NCBI GenBank assembly: GCA_041488255.1
Contig: JBGPOV010000002.1
Location: forward strand, 23,509-87,508
Direction of reading: 5' to 3'
DNA: 64,000 nt
DNA from: Gammaproteobacteria bacterium
GTDB taxonomy: Bacteria; Pseudomonadota; Gammaproteobacteria; Burkholderiales; SHXO01
Shown: one piece after another, positions 48,501-57,904 of the stretch
Layout of the letters: each line of letters starts with the position of its first letter
How positions within the stretch are numbered: position 1 is the first letter of the stretch
The notes under the pieces: generated by a model
Database searches by the model: none
Told to the model about the DNA's origin: nothing
The model's input: only the letters and a program-made list of their open reading frames with translations
Position numbers and translations under genes: made by a program

Positions 48501-49527
48501 GTGGCAAGATCTCGGTATGGGCTGGGTGATGTTTGCGCAGTTCCTCCGTCGCCTCGCGGATTTCACGCTCGCCGGGCAGGAACACGAGGACATCGCCAGT
48601 GGCAGACAGACGCGCAAGCTCGTCGACCGCATCCGCGATGGTTTGGGACAGATCGGGCGCCTCGCCGGATTCTTCGTCCCCTTGCGTCGGGCGGTAGCGT
48701 ATTTCCACGGGATACAACCTCCCCGACACCTCGATCACTGGTGCGTCGTCAAAGTGGCGCGAGAAGCGTTGTGCGTCGATGGTCGCGGAGGTGATGATGA
48801 GCTTGAGCTCGGGGCGCTTGGGTAGCAAGCGCTTGACATAGCCCAGCAGGAAATCGATATTCAGGCTGCGCTCGTGAGCCTCATCGATGACGATCGTGTC
48901 GTAGAGGTTGAGAAAGCGATCGGTCTGGGTCTCGGCCAGCAGGATCCCGTCCGTCATGACGCGCAGGTAGTTTCGCTCGCTGACCCGGTCGCTGAAGCGC
49001 ACCCGGTAGCCTACGTGCTCGCCCAGAGGCCGGCCCAGCTCTTGAGCGATGCGCGCCGCCACCGTGCGCGCGGCGATCCGCCGGGGCTGGGTATGAGCGA
49101 TCAGGCCGGCCGCGCCACGTTTGAGCGCCAGGCAAATCTTCGGCAGCTGGGTGGTTTTGCCCGAACCTGTCTCGCCGCACAGGATCACCACCTGGTTGTC
49201 CGTGATCGCCGCGGCGATCTCGTCCCTGCGGGCCGAGACTGGTAGCTCCTCCGGGTAGGTCACGGTCGGCAGCGCCGCCAGCCGCGCCCGCAGCGCCTCC
49301 TCCGAGCGCGCCACCTCCTCGTTCAACGCGCTCACCTCCTCCGCAGTGAGCCGCCCATGCCGGGCAGCCTCCCCGGCCCGCTGCAACGCGGCACGCAGGC
49401 GATGGCGGTGCCGGATCAGGCAACCGGGAAGGCGAGCTTGAAGCGCGCTGAGACTGTCGAGTGGGGAGCGTAGGACAGGAACGGAGGACACGGGGGGAAA
49501 CCCCATCGGGGTCAGTGGGGCGTGCAC
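45547..49527 (-). CDS. hrpA: ATP-dependent RNA helicase HrpA (DEAH box)
   Basis: 1326 aa with GETGSGKTTQ, DEAHERS, TNVAETSLT, QRAGRCGR. Confidence 0.97.
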   Translation of the reverse strand: MHAPLTPMGFPPVSSVPVLRSPLDSLSALQARLPGCLIRHRHRLRAALQRAGEAARHGRLTAEEVSALNEEVARSEEALRARLAALPTVTYPEELPVSARRDEIAAAITDNQVVILCGETGSGKTTQLPKICLALKRGAAGLIAHTQPRRIAARTVAARIAQELGRPLGEHVGYRVRFSDRVSERNYLRVMTDGILLAETQTDRFLNLYDTIVIDEAHERSLNIDFLLGYVKRLLPKRPELKLIITSATIDAQRFSRHFDDAPVIEVSGRLYPVEIRYRPTQGDEESGEAPDLSQTIADAVDELARLSATGDVLVFLPGEREIREATEELRKHHPAHTEILPLFARLSAQEQEQVFQRSAGRRIVLATNVAETSLTVPGIKYVIDSGLARVNRYSYRNKVEMLQVEPISRASADQRAGRCGRVSSGICLRLYSEDDYRSRPEFADPEILRSSLASVILRMKALQLGEVEDFPFVDPPSARAIADGYQLLAELNAVDQQRRLTPIGAQLAKLPVDPRVARMIVAAREEGCLAEILIIASGLAIQDPRERPMDKQDLADGAHAQLQDERSEFLGRLKLWAFFDDVVKHKKSNRKLAQACRENFLSYVRLREWRDLHGQLRALVSEMGWHPNDTPAGPDSIHRALLAGLLGNIGSKSDEPGVYLGARGIKFAVFPGSPLRKKGSPWLMAAELTETTKLYARNVAPIDPAWLERIGAHLAKKTYHDPHWEKAPAQAMAYERVTVYGLVVVPHRKMAFGPIDPKAAREIFIREGLVHGQLETKADFLRYNQRLVQQVEELEHKSRRHDILVDESRIFGFYDQRVPQDLASGQQFERWRREAERENPRLLFLAREHLMRHAAEEITQERFPETLELNGVSYALRYRFEPGHALDGVTMTVPLHLLNQVDERRCEWLVAGLLREKVTHLIRELPKNLRRHFVPVPQVVSSAMEHLEPGSKPLTTALSEALLRVSGVEVAQDAWAVTDLPPFLLMNFTVLDERGEELAMGRDIAELRARLGVKARRQFSESAADQFERKGLLSFDIEELPEQVEFTRGGQKLIGYPALVDEGKSVRLTLLDTEHDAEAATLRALRRLFQLAAPDQVKFVARNLPGFQDIALRYALLLELEGSKADKGAVSDRLREELIDAICDRALFVERDRLRTRAAFDQRVNKAKTRLTDVAQEVCRVMGEVVTEYQALRPRLNQHGVPVWQRAMTDIRNQLRELLRPGFIVSVPLARLRDYPRYLKTIQFRLDKFSINPGKDADWQQQLQSWWQAYQGRLAADKQRGVHDPKLEEFRWMLEELRVSLWAQQLKTPYPVSFKRLAKTWSEFG

Positions 49528-49619
49528 GGCGAGCGCGGATTTTACCCTAACGATCGAGCGCGCGGCGCTGGTTTCGGGGAAGACCGAGGCTTGAGCCGGG
49601 CGCGGCGAAGATCGGCCGG

Positions 49620-49708
49620 CAGTGAAGCAGCGTGACTCCTAGTTAGAAAGCGGTCGTTGCTGGGTGGTTCTGGGTTACGAATCGCGAATTACGAGTCACG
49701 AATCGCGG
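49620..49708. repeat. Copy B of the dispersed ACGAATC element
   Basis: CAGTGAAGCAGCG..AGTTAGAAAGCGG..TGCTGG..GGTTACGAATCGCGAATTACGAGTCACGAATCGCGG. ACGAATCGCG occurs at 49677-49686 and 49698-49707. The element overlaps the last codons of the HIBADH gene. Confidence 0.6.
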
Positions 49709-50583
49709 CCCGGGAACCCGGACATCTCTTCCATCACCTTGACCACTGCGGCCGAATCCCAGCGCACCCCGGGACGAGCGAACAGTGCATTGAAAGCCTG
49801 AGCCGCGAGCGCCGCGGCGGGTGTCGCGGTACGCGATTCGTGCGCGCACTGCAGGATGATCAGGGAGTCCTTGAGGTGCAGGCCGGCGTCGATCCCCATG
49901 ACGAACTGCTGCTGAATCATCCGCTGGCCGACGATCTCGAGCATGCGGCTGCCTGCGAAGCCCTTGGTGAGCGCTTCCCATACCGGCCGGAAATCCACCC
50001 CGTTCGCGCGGGCGAACACCATTGCTTCGGCAATGCCTTGGATCGTCACGATCAGGACCAGCTGATTGGCCGCCTTGGCCACCTGGCCGGCGCCGCTGGC
50101 GCCGACGTGAACCAGGGTTCGGCCCACGCAGGCCAGGACCGGTTGCATGCGTTCGAACACCTCGGGCTTGCCGCCGACCATGATCGACAACGTGCCCTCG
50201 ATCGCGCCCTTCTCGCCGCCGGATACCGGCGCGTCGAGCATCTCCGCGCCCGCCTGCGCCAACGTCTGGGCGATCCGGCGCGTGGTCGCCGGTGGGATGG
50301 TGCTGCAGTCGATGACCACCGCGCCTGGCTTCGCGCCATGAATGACGCCGTCCGGCCCCAGGACCACCTGCTCCACGTCCTCGCCCAGGGTCACCATGGT
50401 GAAGACGGCTTCGCATTGCGCCGCGAGCTGCGCCGGCGCCGGCCAGGCTCGAGCACCGGCGTCGGTAAGCGGTTTTGTGGCTTCAGCGCGCCGGGCCCAG
50501 ACGTGCAACTCGTGCCCGCCCTTCATCAGGTTCCGCGCCATAGGGCGCCCCATCGCGCCCAGGCCGATAAATCCAACTTTCAC
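49696..50583 (-). CDS. NAD-dependent 3-hydroxyisobutyrate / 2-hydroxy-3-oxopropionate reductase family dehydrogenase
   Basis: VKVGFIGLGAMGRPMARNL (Rossmann), GASGAGQVAKAANQL. GTG start at 50583 behind GGGGG. Confidence 0.85.
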   Translation of the reverse strand: MKVGFIGLGAMGRPMARNLMKGGHELHVWARRAEATKPLTDAGARAWPAPAQLAAQCEAVFTMVTLGEDVEQVVLGPDGVIHGAKPGAVVIDCSTIPPATTRRIAQTLAQAGAEMLDAPVSGGEKGAIEGTLSIMVGGKPEVFERMQPVLACVGRTLVHVGASGAGQVAKAANQLVLIVTIQGIAEAMVFARANGVDFRPVWEALTKGFAGSRMLEIVGQRMIQQQFVMGIDAGLHLKDSLIILQCAHESRTATPAAALAAQAFNALFARPGVRWDSAAVVKVMEEMSGFPGRDS

Positions 50584-50777
50584 CCTGACCCCCAAACTAC
50601 GTCCACCGCGGAGGCACGGAGAACATGGAGGACTGCGAACCAAGAGGTCAGAACCAACTCAACATGCCCTGGAAACCGCACTCAAGGACATCAGCGGCGC
50701 GTGTCGCGGCGCAGCTTCGCATTGTGTAACGTTACAAGGGATTTTGTCTTTCGCGGTGCACTCTGTGTCTGTGTGGT

Positions 50778-51655
50778 TCACAGCTTCAGCCCGCTGAGCG
50801 TTTCGACGACCTTGGCGACGGCGGCGGAATCCTCTTCGCCGCAGCCCATGCCCACCAGGGCGTTGAGATGCTGGGCGACGAGCGCGGACTGCGGCAGACC
50901 GATGCCCAGTTGCGCGGCGGTCTCGGTGACGATGCGCAGGTCTTTCTGATGCAGCCTGGCTTTGAAGCCGGGTTGGAAGTCGCGTTCGACGATGCGCCGG
51001 CCGTGGACTTCCAGTACCTTGCTCCAGGCGAAGCCGCCGAGCAGCGCCTCGCGCACCTTGCGCGGATCCACGCCATTCTTGCGTGCCAGCGTCATGCTCT
51101 CAGCCACCGACTCGAGCGTGACGGCCGCCACGATCTGGTTGCAGGCCTTCGCCACCTACCCGGCGCCATTGACGCCGATGTGCACGATATTCTTGCCCAG
51201 GCACTCGAACAGTGGCCTTACCCTCGCGAACACCTCCGGCCGGCCGCCGACCATGATGGACAGGGTGCCGTTGATCGCGCCGACGTCGCCGCCGGATACG
51301 GGAGCGTCGAGCATCTCCACACCCTTGTCTGCCAGCCGCGCCGCCATCGAGCGCGTGGCCACCGGCGAGATGGTGCTCATGTCCACCACCACGCAACCGC
51401 GGGCAGCGCTCTGAGCCACACCGCCCGCGCCAAAGATCACCTGCTCGACGTCGGGCGTGTCGGCCACCATGGTGAAGGTTACCTCCGAGCCGCGCGCCGC
51501 CTCCGCCGCAGATGCGCATGCCGTCGCGCCCGCCTGTTCCAGCGGCCGCATGGACTCGGGGCGGCGGCCGTGCACGCGCAGTGCGTGCCCGCCCTGATCA
51601 AGTTCAACGCCATGGGCCGGCCCATGATGCCCAGCCCCACAAAGCCCAGTTTCAA
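50778..51655 (-). pseudogene. Tandem HIBADH-family paralog inactivated by an amber codon and a 1-nt deletion
   Basis: TTG-KLGFVGLGIMGRPMALNLIRAG, then a frame break near 51586-51590 (ggcacgca where ggccacgca is needed for GHALRVHG). There is a TAG at 51158-51156 exactly where the intact paralog has Q (GAG*VAKACNQ versus GAGQVAKAANQ). The length is 878 nt, i.e. 3n-1. Confidence 0.8.
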
Positions 51656-51741
51656 CTCAACCCCCCAATCGACCGGCGCACGATATCCATGAAGACAACC
51701 TAGAAACCGCCTCTACCACGAAGGACACGAAGCTCCACGGT

Positions 51742-53124
51742 TCAGGTGTTTCTCTCGCGTGCGAGAAGGCCGCGGAAAGGCAGCTGCCGCTCGCACCACA
51801 TGGTGGTAGCGAGCAAATGGTTGGACTCGCCCTGGTTGCCGATGATCTGCAGCCCCAGCGGCATGCTTCGGCTACCAAGCCCGGTGGGGATCGTAATGGC
51901 CGGCACACCTAGCAGGGTCCAAATCGTGCAGAAACTGGGGTCGCCGGTAGTCTCGAGCGAGGCCGGCGCCTCGCCCGCCGCCGGAGGCGTGACCACTGCG
52001 TCGTAGTCGTCCAGGAAGCGTGAGAAGTCGCGCTGCAAGGCCTCGCGTTTTCTAATGGCGCGCTCGTACTCCGCGGTGGAGATGCGCTCGCCCTCGTCCA
52101 GGGCTTGGTTCAGGAAGGGGTGGATCTTCTCGCGGTAATGGGTGCGCACCTGGCGCGCGGCCGCGGCTGCTTCGTGCAGCATGATAATGCGATGAACTCT
52201 GTGCGCTTCGTTGAAGCCTGACGGCAGGTCGACCTCATCCACGATCGCGGCGGCCTCGCGCAGCACGGCGATGTCGGTGGCAAAGCGGCTGCGCTGATCG
52301 GGCTCGGCCAGATGCCAGACCGGCGTGCGCACGGCCACCAGTCGAGGCGCATGCTTCAGCGCGCTGATCTGCGGGCTGATGGTCCAGCGCGAATGGGCCA
52401 GGTGGGCGACCAGCAGCGCGACGTCCTCGACGCTGCGGGCGAAAACGCCCGGCTGGTCCAGGCTAGGGCTGAACGGCAGGATGCCGTCGGTTGACAGCAC
52501 GCCCTTGCCGGGCTTGTAACCCACCACGCCGCAGAACGCTGCCGGGCGGATCACCGAGCCGTTGGTCTGCGTGCCGATGGCGGTCGGCACAAACCCAGCC
52601 GCGACCGCGGCCGCCGAGCCGCTTGAGGAGCCGCCCGGCGTATGCGCCGGGTTCCATGGATTGCGTGTCTTGTTCGGAATTAAGAAGGCGAACTCGGTGG
52701 TCACTGTCTTGCCGAGGACGAAAGCACCGGCCGCATGCAGTCGATCCACCACCTCGGCGTTCATCTCGGGCACGTAGCGCTCATAGATGGGCGAGCCCAT
52801 GGAGGTCACTACCCCGCGCACATCGATGATGTCCTTCACGGCTACCGGCACCCCGTGCAGGGCGCCTGGCGTGCGGCCAGCCAGGACCCGGCGGTCGGCC
52901 TCGCGCGACGCTTCCAAAGCGCGTTCCTTGTCCAGCCACTGCCAAGCCTTGACGCGCTCCTCGAGCTGGTCCGTGCGCGCGAGCAGACTGCGCGTGTACG
53001 CCTCGCTGGTCATCTCGCCAGAAGATAGCCTGCGTACGGCCTCTGCCAGGCTCAGGCTGTATAGGTCTTGCATTTTTCTTGTGTCGTTGCCCCCAAGGTA
53101 TTCGGGCGAGTTATCGTTGCTCAA
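51742..53124 (-). CDS. Amidase (amidase-signature family)
   Basis: GVPVAVKDII and GGSSSGSAAAVAAG (GGSS signature). Confidence 0.92.
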   Translation of the reverse strand: MSNDNSPEYLGGNDTRKMQDLYSLSLAEAVRRLSSGEMTSEAYTRSLLARTDQLEERVKAWQWLDKERALEASREADRRVLAGRTPGALHGVPVAVKDIIDVRGVVTSMGSPIYERYVPEMNAEVVDRLHAAGAFVLGKTVTTEFAFLIPNKTRNPWNPAHTPGGSSSGSAAAVAAGFVPTAIGTQTNGSVIRPAAFCGVVGYKPGKGVLSTDGILPFSPSLDQPGVFARSVEDVALLVAHLAHSRWTISPQISALKHAPRLVAVRTPVWHLAEPDQRSRFATDIAVLREAAAIVDEVDLPSGFNEAHRVHRIIMLHEAAAAARQVRTHYREKIHPFLNQALDEGERISTAEYERAIRKREALQRDFSRFLDDYDAVVTPPAAGEAPASLETTGDPSFCTIWTLLGVPAITIPTGLGSRSMPLGLQIIGNQGESNHLLATTMWCERQLPFRGLLARERNT

Positions 53125-53160
53125 CGCTGTCTGCCTCTCGCAATTCGGGTGGAAGCGATG

Positions 53161-54144
53161 TCACGCGTTGTGTTTCAGGACCTCAGGATTCAACAGATTA
53201 GGCGGATTGCCCGCGGTCAGCGCCGCGACGCAGTTGCGTGCCGCCGTCATCGCCATAGCCTGGCGCGTAGGCTCCGAAGCGCTGGCGATGTGCGGCGAGA
53301 GCACGACATTGGTGAGCCCCAGGAGGTCCGGGTTCAACTTCGGCTCGTTCTCGTACACGTCCAGGCCGGCCGCCCAGATGCGCCTGGCCTTGAGCGCCTC
53401 GACCAACGCGGCATCATCCACGATCCCTCCTCGCGCCACGTTGATCAGCACGGCCCTAGGTTTCATCAGGTCGAGCTCGCGCGCGCCAATGAAATGGTGT
53501 GTCTGCGGGGTGTAGGGCAGGATCAAGACGACGATATCCGCCCGGCGCAGCAGCTCGTCCTTGTCCACGAACACAGCGTTCAGCTCCCGCTCCACGTCGG
53601 GTGCGGCTCGGATCTGGTCGCAGTACAAAATGCTTGGCTCGAAGCCTTTCAGGCGCCGGGCAATGACTTGACCGATGCGGCCAAAACCGCAGACGCCGAC
53701 CGTGGCATGGTGCAAGTCCATGCCGAGGAGTTCTCTCAGGTGCGTGCCCTTCCACTCGCCGCGCCGCAGCATGGACTCGCCCTCGGTCAGCCGGCGACAG
53801 GTAGCCAGCGTCAGGCAAACGGCGAAGTCGGCCACGCTGTCAGTCAGGACGCCGGGGGTGTTGGTACCCATCACGCCGCGACGGGTGCAGGCGGCCAGAT
53901 CGATATGGTTGTACCCGACGCTGACGCTGCATACCGCCGTCAGACCCGGGCAGCGGGACAACAGGTCGTCATCCACGCGGTCACTCGTGGTGATCACGGC
54001 CGCGTCCATTCCCTGGAGCCTGGCGGCCAGTTCCTCCGGGGGGTACTGCTTGTCGGCCTGGTTGGATGTGATATCGAAGTGCTGCGCCAGATACGCCAGG
54101 GTCTCGTCGAACACCGCCCGCGTGACGAGCACCTTCTTCTTCAT
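53161..54144 (-). CDS. D-2-hydroxyacid dehydrogenase (glyoxylate/hydroxypyruvate reductase B-like)
   Basis: VGVCGFGRIGQVIARRL, LINVARGGIVD, LDVYENEP, SPHIASA. Confidence 0.9.
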   Translation of the reverse strand: MKKKVLVTRAVFDETLAYLAQHFDITSNQADKQYPPEELAARLQGMDAAVITTSDRVDDDLLSRCPGLTAVCSVSVGYNHIDLAACTRRGVMGTNTPGVLTDSVADFAVCLTLATCRRLTEGESMLRRGEWKGTHLRELLGMDLHHATVGVCGFGRIGQVIARRLKGFEPSILYCDQIRAAPDVERELNAVFVDKDELLRRADIVVLILPYTPQTHHFIGARELDLMKPRAVLINVARGGIVDDAALVEALKARRIWAAGLDVYENEPKLNPDLLGLTNVVLSPHIASASEPTRQAMAMTAARNCVAALTAGNPPNLLNPEVLKHNA

Positions 54145-54466
54145 TTGATCTCTCCGGGTTCCTGTCGGGCTGGACAGCAGGGGGCATGAAGCCCTCCGGG
54201 CATGGCTTTGGCGCGGCTTTCGGGCCTCAGAATCGAGGCCGGCAAAGCCTCGATTCAGGCCGAAGAAAGCCTGTGGAACGTCGCGACCCTCCCCGCTGCC
54301 GCAAGAGACGGAGAGTACCTTGAACGGGAATCGATCTGCAAGCGTCCACGAGCCGACGGGGCTGGCCTGTGGCCGCGTCCGGCCGAGCGGCCCTGCCCCG
54401 CCACCACAATCCCTGTCGGTTCAAGGGCTTCGGTGGTTGTAGGACACTGCAGCAGCCGCCGGGCCG

Positions 54467-55744
54467 TCATGTCCTGCTGGCTGCAGGGGATGGCAGGTCG
54501 CACGGAACCGCCTCGGTGCGCCCGTGCGGCGAGCGCTCGGGGGTTGGCTGCCAACCGGTCACGAGCATGATCGCGATAAAGCCCAGGACATAGGCTACGA
54601 TGACATGCCAGCCTCCCCGGACCCACCGGAGGACTGAGCGGGATTCCGGAAACAGGTTGCTGAGCCCTACCCCCGCGGACGATCCGAACCAAACCATCGA
54701 GCCGCCGAAGCCTACGCTGAAGGCCAGGATGCCCCAGTCGTAGCCGCCTTGCTCCAGCGCGAGCGCGGTCAGCGGGATGTTGTCGAATACGGCAGAAACG
54801 AGCCCCAGGCCGAAAGCCGAGTACCACGTGGGCTCCGGCAGGCGCTCAACCGGCATGAGCGAAGCGCACAGAACAAGCGCAAGCAAGAATAGACTGCTGC
54901 GTGCAGCCGGAGGCACAAGCGAGAAATCCGGTCGGCGCAGCACGCTGGAGATTAGCAACGCAATCCAAACCGCGCCTCCGATGTATGGGAAGCGGTCGGC
55001 ATGATCGGCGAACAAACCGTTCACGACCACATTGGTGCCGATCGCGGCAGCCAGGACGAAGACGACGATCCTCACCCGAGACCAATCGATCCTCGCCCCT
55101 TGCGGCGCATCCTTAACGATAGGCGAATGACGCTGTTGCTGGATTGCGGCCGCGACGCTGCAAAACAGCACAGCCACTATCGACGCAATGTACGCGTGCA
55201 GCACCGCCACCGGGCTCACCCCGGCGATCCACATCATGGTCGTAGTGGTGTCGCCAACCACGCTGCCTGCTCCTCCGGCGTTGGAGGCCGCGACGATGCA
55301 CGCGATGTACCCGATATGCACCTTGTCGCGAAATAGCGGTCGCGCCATGGTGCCCCCGATGATCGCGGCAGCGATGTTGTCCAGGAAGGCGGAGAGGACG
55401 AAGACGATGAGCAGCAGCACGAACCCGCCTTTCCAGTCATCGGGCAGCAAACGCGGGAGCTCGGCCGGCAGCCGGCTCTCGTAGAAGTGGTTGGCGAGGA
55501 GCGCGAACCCGGTAAGCAAGCCGAACAGGTTGGTCAGCTGGACCCACTCGGCTCCGAGGTGATACGCCAGCCCCAGCAACCCCGCCCCTTCGCGGAACCC
55601 GGTGAACACCAGCTTGTAGAGCACCACCGCGGCAAGCCCGACCAGAGCGACCTGAAGCGTACGCCGCTGGAACAGGGCGATGCCGACGAGGGTGAGCCCG
55701 AACAGCAGGAACTCAAACGGAAAGGGCAGCGATGCGAGGCTCAT
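54467..55744 (-). CDS. ArsB/NhaD-superfamily permease (citrate-transporter-like / NhaD-type antiporter)
   Basis: ~11 TM helices. SAFLDNIAAA and SAVFDNIPLTA repeats. Start trimmed to the ATG at 55744. Confidence 0.75.
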   Translation of the reverse strand: MSLASLPFPFEFLLFGLTLVGIALFQRRTLQVALVGLAAVVLYKLVFTGFREGAGLLGLAYHLGAEWVQLTNLFGLLTGFALLANHFYESRLPAELPRLLPDDWKGGFVLLLIVFVLSAFLDNIAAAIIGGTMARPLFRDKVHIGYIACIVAASNAGGAGSVVGDTTTTMMWIAGVSPVAVLHAYIASIVAVLFCSVAAAIQQQRHSPIVKDAPQGARIDWSRVRIVVFVLAAAIGTNVVVNGLFADHADRFPYIGGAVWIALLISSVLRRPDFSLVPPAARSSLFLLALVLCASLMPVERLPEPTWYSAFGLGLVSAVFDNIPLTALALEQGGYDWGILAFSVGFGGSMVWFGSSAGVGLSNLFPESRSVLRWVRGGWHVIVAYVLGFIAIMLVTGWQPTPERSPHGRTEAVPCDLPSPAASRT

Positions 55745-55811
55745 ACGGCGTCCGCAGCGCGGCCGCGGTGACACCGCCATGCATCCCACCGCAGGGCGCC
55801 ACAGGAGCGGG

Positions 55812-56639
55812 TCAAGCGGCGTTGCCCAGGATTCGCACTTCGCGCTGCGGGAATGGGATGACGATGTTCCGGCTGCGGAAGGTCTCGACGATGGCCTGGT
55901 TGATCTCGCCTGCCGCGGCGACGTAGTCGTTCACCTTGACCCAGGGTTTCACGCCGATGTTCACCGACGAGTCGGCAAGCATCAGGACCTGGATCACGGG
56001 CGCGAGATCGTTGAGCACGCGCGGGTTGCTCTGCAGAACCTCGTGGATCGCGGCAAGAGCCTGGTTCGGGTCTGTCTGGTAGGACACGCCAACCAGCAAG
56101 TCGACTCGCCGGATGTTTCCGTAGTTGTGGAGGACTTCACCGACGATCTTGCGGTTGGGGATTACCACACGCGACAGGTCCGGGTGGGTGAGCGTGGTGT
56201 TGAACAGGGCAATGCGATCGACCTGGCCCTCTTCACCGATCATCGAAACGTACTCGCCAACACGGACGGGGCGGGTAAAGATGATTGTCGACCCAGCCAC
56301 CACGTTGCTCAGCACGCCCTGCATCGCCAGGGCGATCCCCGCCCCGGCTATGCCGATGCCGGCGATCAAGGGCAGCAGCTCAACCCCCAGGTTCTGCAAC
56401 GCCATGATCGCGAACAGCCCCAGCACCAGAATTCGCACGATGCGCACGAGCAGCTGGCGTACCGGCACTTCCAGATGGATCTTCCTGAGCATACGTTCCA
56501 TTGCCCGGCCTACCCAACGCCCCACGAAAAAGCCGGCGCCCAAGATGACGATCGCGACCAGCACCTTCGGCCCGAACTTGATGCTCAAGTCGATGAGTGT
56601 ATTCCTGACTTGCTCGACGGATTCGAGTTGATCGTTCAT
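55812..56639 (-). CDS. Small-conductance mechanosensitive channel (MscS family)
   Basis: GIGIAGAGIALAMQGVLSNVVAGSTIIFTRPVRVGEYV. Confidence 0.92.
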   Translation of the reverse strand: MNDQLESVEQVRNTLIDLSIKFGPKVLVAIVILGAGFFVGRWVGRAMERMLRKIHLEVPVRQLLVRIVRILVLGLFAIMALQNLGVELLPLIAGIGIAGAGIALAMQGVLSNVVAGSTIIFTRPVRVGEYVSMIGEEGQVDRIALFNTTLTHPDLSRVVIPNRKIVGEVLHNYGNIRRVDLLVGVSYQTDPNQALAAIHEVLQSNPRVLNDLAPVIQVLMLADSSVNIGVKPWVKVNDYVAAAGEINQAIVETFRSRNIVIPFPQREVRILGNAA

Positions 56640-56763
56640 CCGACCTCCCTCGGTAGCATGCCTCGGGCGTATTCTAGCCGTGTGGCTCCATGGGCGAGAA
56701 CACCGTCATGCAACCGCGAGGCCGGGCGGATGTGCCAGCGCCGACGCAAGGGTCGGCGCAAAC

Positions 56764-57882
56764 CTAACTGCGCATCCACAGCTCAGCCGCCCAGCGCGCC
56801 ACGTCGCTCAGCGACTTGCTCTGGGCCAAGCGCTCACGCAGAAGAACGCTGTCGCTGCGCCGCTCGGAGGCAACGCCGCGCAGGCGCAGCAGCGCGCTCG
56901 CGCCCGCTTCGTCGCTGGCGTAGCGGGCCACCATGCCCAGTGTGTAACCGATTTCCTCCGCCAGCAGCCGCTTGCGCCGCTCGTAGGGATCGATCACCTC
57001 GGCCTCGAGCCCGAAGCGGCACGCCAGGAAGCGGTTGTAACCGTACACGCGGTACACGTCCGCCGAGGGCTCGAGCGGCTTGTCTTCCGATAGATATCGG
57101 GCCAATGCACGCGCGTATTCCGTCAGCGCTGCAGCGCGCTCCAGGGTGAGCGGTGTGTCGCACACCCGTACCTCGAGAGTGCCGTATTCCGGCTTGGGCC
57201 GGATGTCCCAGTAGAAGTCCTTCATGCTCTCCACCACCTGCAGCCGCCGCATGTGCTCGAAGTACTCGGTGAAGGCAGCCCAATCCGCCACGAAAGGCAT
57301 GTGGCCCGCCAGCGGAAAGGCGCTCACGCTGTTCAGCCGCGAGGAGGCGAAGGCGGTGTCCACGCCCTGGAAAAAGGGTGAGGAGGCCGACAGCGCGATG
57401 AAATGGGGGATGTAGCGCGAGAACAGGTGGATGAGCCGGACGGCACTATCGCCGCTGTCGCAGCCGATATGGACGTGCTGGCCGAAGACGGTGAACTGCT
57501 TGGCCAGATAGCCGTACAGGTCATGGATGTGCCGATAGCGCGGCGCGGCGAAAATGCGCTGGTCGTGCCAATTCTGAAACGGGTGGGCCCCCCCGCCGGC
57601 GATGCTGAGGTTCAGGCGCTCGGCCTGGCGCACAATGGCATCGCGGATGCCGGTGAGCTCGGTCAGCAGCCCCGCGTAGCCATGCTGGATCGTGGTCGAG
57701 ATCTCGATCATGGCTTCGGTGATCTCAGGCTTGATGTCGCCGGGATGCGGGGACTTCTCGAGCAGCGCTAGCAGGTCTGCGGCGGCACCGGTGAGGTTGT
57801 AGTCGCGGCTGTTGAGCACCTGGAGCTCGAGCTCCATGCCGAGCGTATAGGGCTCCGAGACTTTGAACGGCAGCGTCGTCAT
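56764..57882 (-). CDS. ybdK: Carboxylate-amine ligase (GCS2 family, YbdK)
   Basis: LGMELELQV, EITEAMIEISTT, FGQHVHIGC. Confidence 0.92.
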   Translation of the reverse strand: MTTLPFKVSEPYTLGMELELQVLNSRDYNLTGAAADLLALLEKSPHPGDIKPEITEAMIEISTTIQHGYAGLLTELTGIRDAIVRQAERLNLSIAGGGAHPFQNWHDQRIFAAPRYRHIHDLYGYLAKQFTVFGQHVHIGCDSGDSAVRLIHLFSRYIPHFIALSASSPFFQGVDTAFASSRLNSVSAFPLAGHMPFVADWAAFTEYFEHMRRLQVVESMKDFYWDIRPKPEYGTLEVRVCDTPLTLERAAALTEYARALARYLSEDKPLEPSADVYRVYGYNRFLACRFGLEAEVIDPYERRKRLLAEEIGYTLGMVARYASDEAGASALLRLRGVASERRSDSVLLRERLAQSKSLSDVARWAAELWMRS

Positions 57883-57904
57883 AGGCCCCGGGGGTCCAAA
57901 CGGT

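Noticed and set aside
40774-51745. Short tandem 7-8-mer arrays (40774-40801, ~50610-50640, ~51714-51740, 49677-49707) were considered as possible CRISPR or minisatellite arrays.
   Set aside because: The units are far too short and directly abutting, with no spacers, and no cas genes are present. They are reported as short repeats only.
54222-54262. A long imperfect hairpin, GGCCTCAGAATCGAGGC-CGGCAAA-GCCTCGATTCAGGCC, in the 320-nt spacer between the NhaD-like and ghrB-like genes.
   Set aside because: It is real as an inverted repeat, but there is no U-tract and no second copy in the window. I could not assign it a function, so I did not call it as a terminator.
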